From positions 1 to 32,890 of the forward strand of contig CAYYAF010000002.1 in the NCBI GenBank assembly GCA_964469975.1: a stretch of 32,890 bases of DNA, in the 5' to 3' direction. How positions within the stretch are numbered: the first letter of the stretch is position 1; each line of letters opens with the position of its first letter. The translations under genes were made by a program, and so were the position numbers. This document shows, piece after piece, positions 32,574-32,890 of the stretch. The notes below the pieces were generated by a model. It made no database searches. It was not told the origin of the DNA and worked only from the letters and a program-made list of their open reading frames with translations. Source of the stretch: an uncultured Candidatus Saccharibacteria bacterium (lineage in GTDB: Bacteria > Patescibacteriota > Saccharimonadia > Saccharimonadales > JANWIN01).

Positions 32574-32890
32574 CTACTGCATAACTATATAATCAAAAGC
32601 ATAACCACAACCCGCAGATAAACCGCTTGCACCTATACTGAATCCGTTAGTATTTCGATTAATCGTATAGTATGCGCCCACACCACAGCCGCCACTTTTA
32701 ACTATAGTGATAATCACACTTGGTGACGCAGTGTAGTCGGTATGAAAACTAATATTAGCAAGTGTACCGTTACCACCACTCACTCCAATGTTAACAGTCA
32801 CTGTGCCGGCAGCATCATTACCGCTGATTGATACGGTTCCATTTGAACCTACTGCCGAACCGGCACTAACTCCCGGTGTTGAACCGGAAG
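32574..32890 (-). CDS. 3' part of a larger gene (5' end beyond the window); G/S/T-rich secreted-type protein with a possible H-type-lectin-like C-terminus
   Basis: The reading frame stays open from the stop at 32574-32576 to the window edge; the track's start at 32801 is an internal GTG. C-terminal pattern ISFHTDYTASPSVIITIV........YYTINRNTNGFSIGA resembles V.F...F...P.V......(n)..V...T..GF.I. Confidence 0.45.
   Translation of the reverse strand, partial: SGSTPGVSAGSAVGSNGTVSISGNDAAGTVTVNIGVSGGNGTLANISFHTDYTASPSVIITIVKSGGCGVGAYYTINRNTNGFSIGASGLSAGCGYAFDYIVMQ

Noticed and set aside
1-32890. Alternative genetic code (UGA recoding, as in some CPR lineages), and CRISPR arrays, rRNA genes or IS elements.
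   Set aside because: UGA terminates several well-delimited genes exactly where homologues end and the next gene starts. No regularly spaced direct repeats, rRNA-like stretches or transposase-like ORFs were seen on either strand.

Overview
Gene-dense bacterial chromosome segment with tightly packed, often overlapping ORFs. It uses the standard genetic code: UGA acts as a stop at 1748-1750, 19468-19470, 24874-24876 and 28244-28246. The gene content looks like a CPR/Patescibacteria organism, possibly Saccharibacteria-like, but that is inference only. Contents in order: housekeeping genes (rpsR, a Nudix hydrolase, efp, a 2H phosphoesterase, tlyA, a PRTase-like gene); a Crp/Fnr regulator with a candidate operator; a PH-domain protein; a class-A beta-lactamase-like serine hydrolase; and ychF. 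A large type IV pilus (T4P) locus follows at about 7.1-21.7 kb, with no secretin gene. It holds a small membrane protein, a 785-aa secreted Cys-rich protein, pilM, pilN-like, pilO-like, a small TM protein, pilB, pilT, pilC, a major pilin, pilD and four minor pilins including a PilX-like one. After that come a Xer-type tyrosine recombinase, ndk, tRNA-Arg(CCU), a PH-domain membrane protein, a parvulin PPIase and an MFS transporter. The window ends with an F-type ATPase operon, atpF-H-A-G-D-C, that has no atpB or atpE. The most unusual observations are these. (1) A dispersed intergenic repeat family (3 full copies plus 1 edge fragment) has fixed spacing, and its internal hairpin keeps the same position and length while its stem sequence differs in every copy. 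(2) The PilN-like protein carries a tandem pair of CBM5/12 (ChtBD3)-like modules. (3) The gene where atpB/atpE would normally sit encodes a secreted domain fused to a c-subunit-like hairpin that lacks the ion-binding carboxylate. The F1 subunits are also divergent: alpha and beta have low-complexity C-terminal tails, and epsilon lacks its C-terminal helices. No CRISPR array, rRNA gene or obvious transposon was seen.
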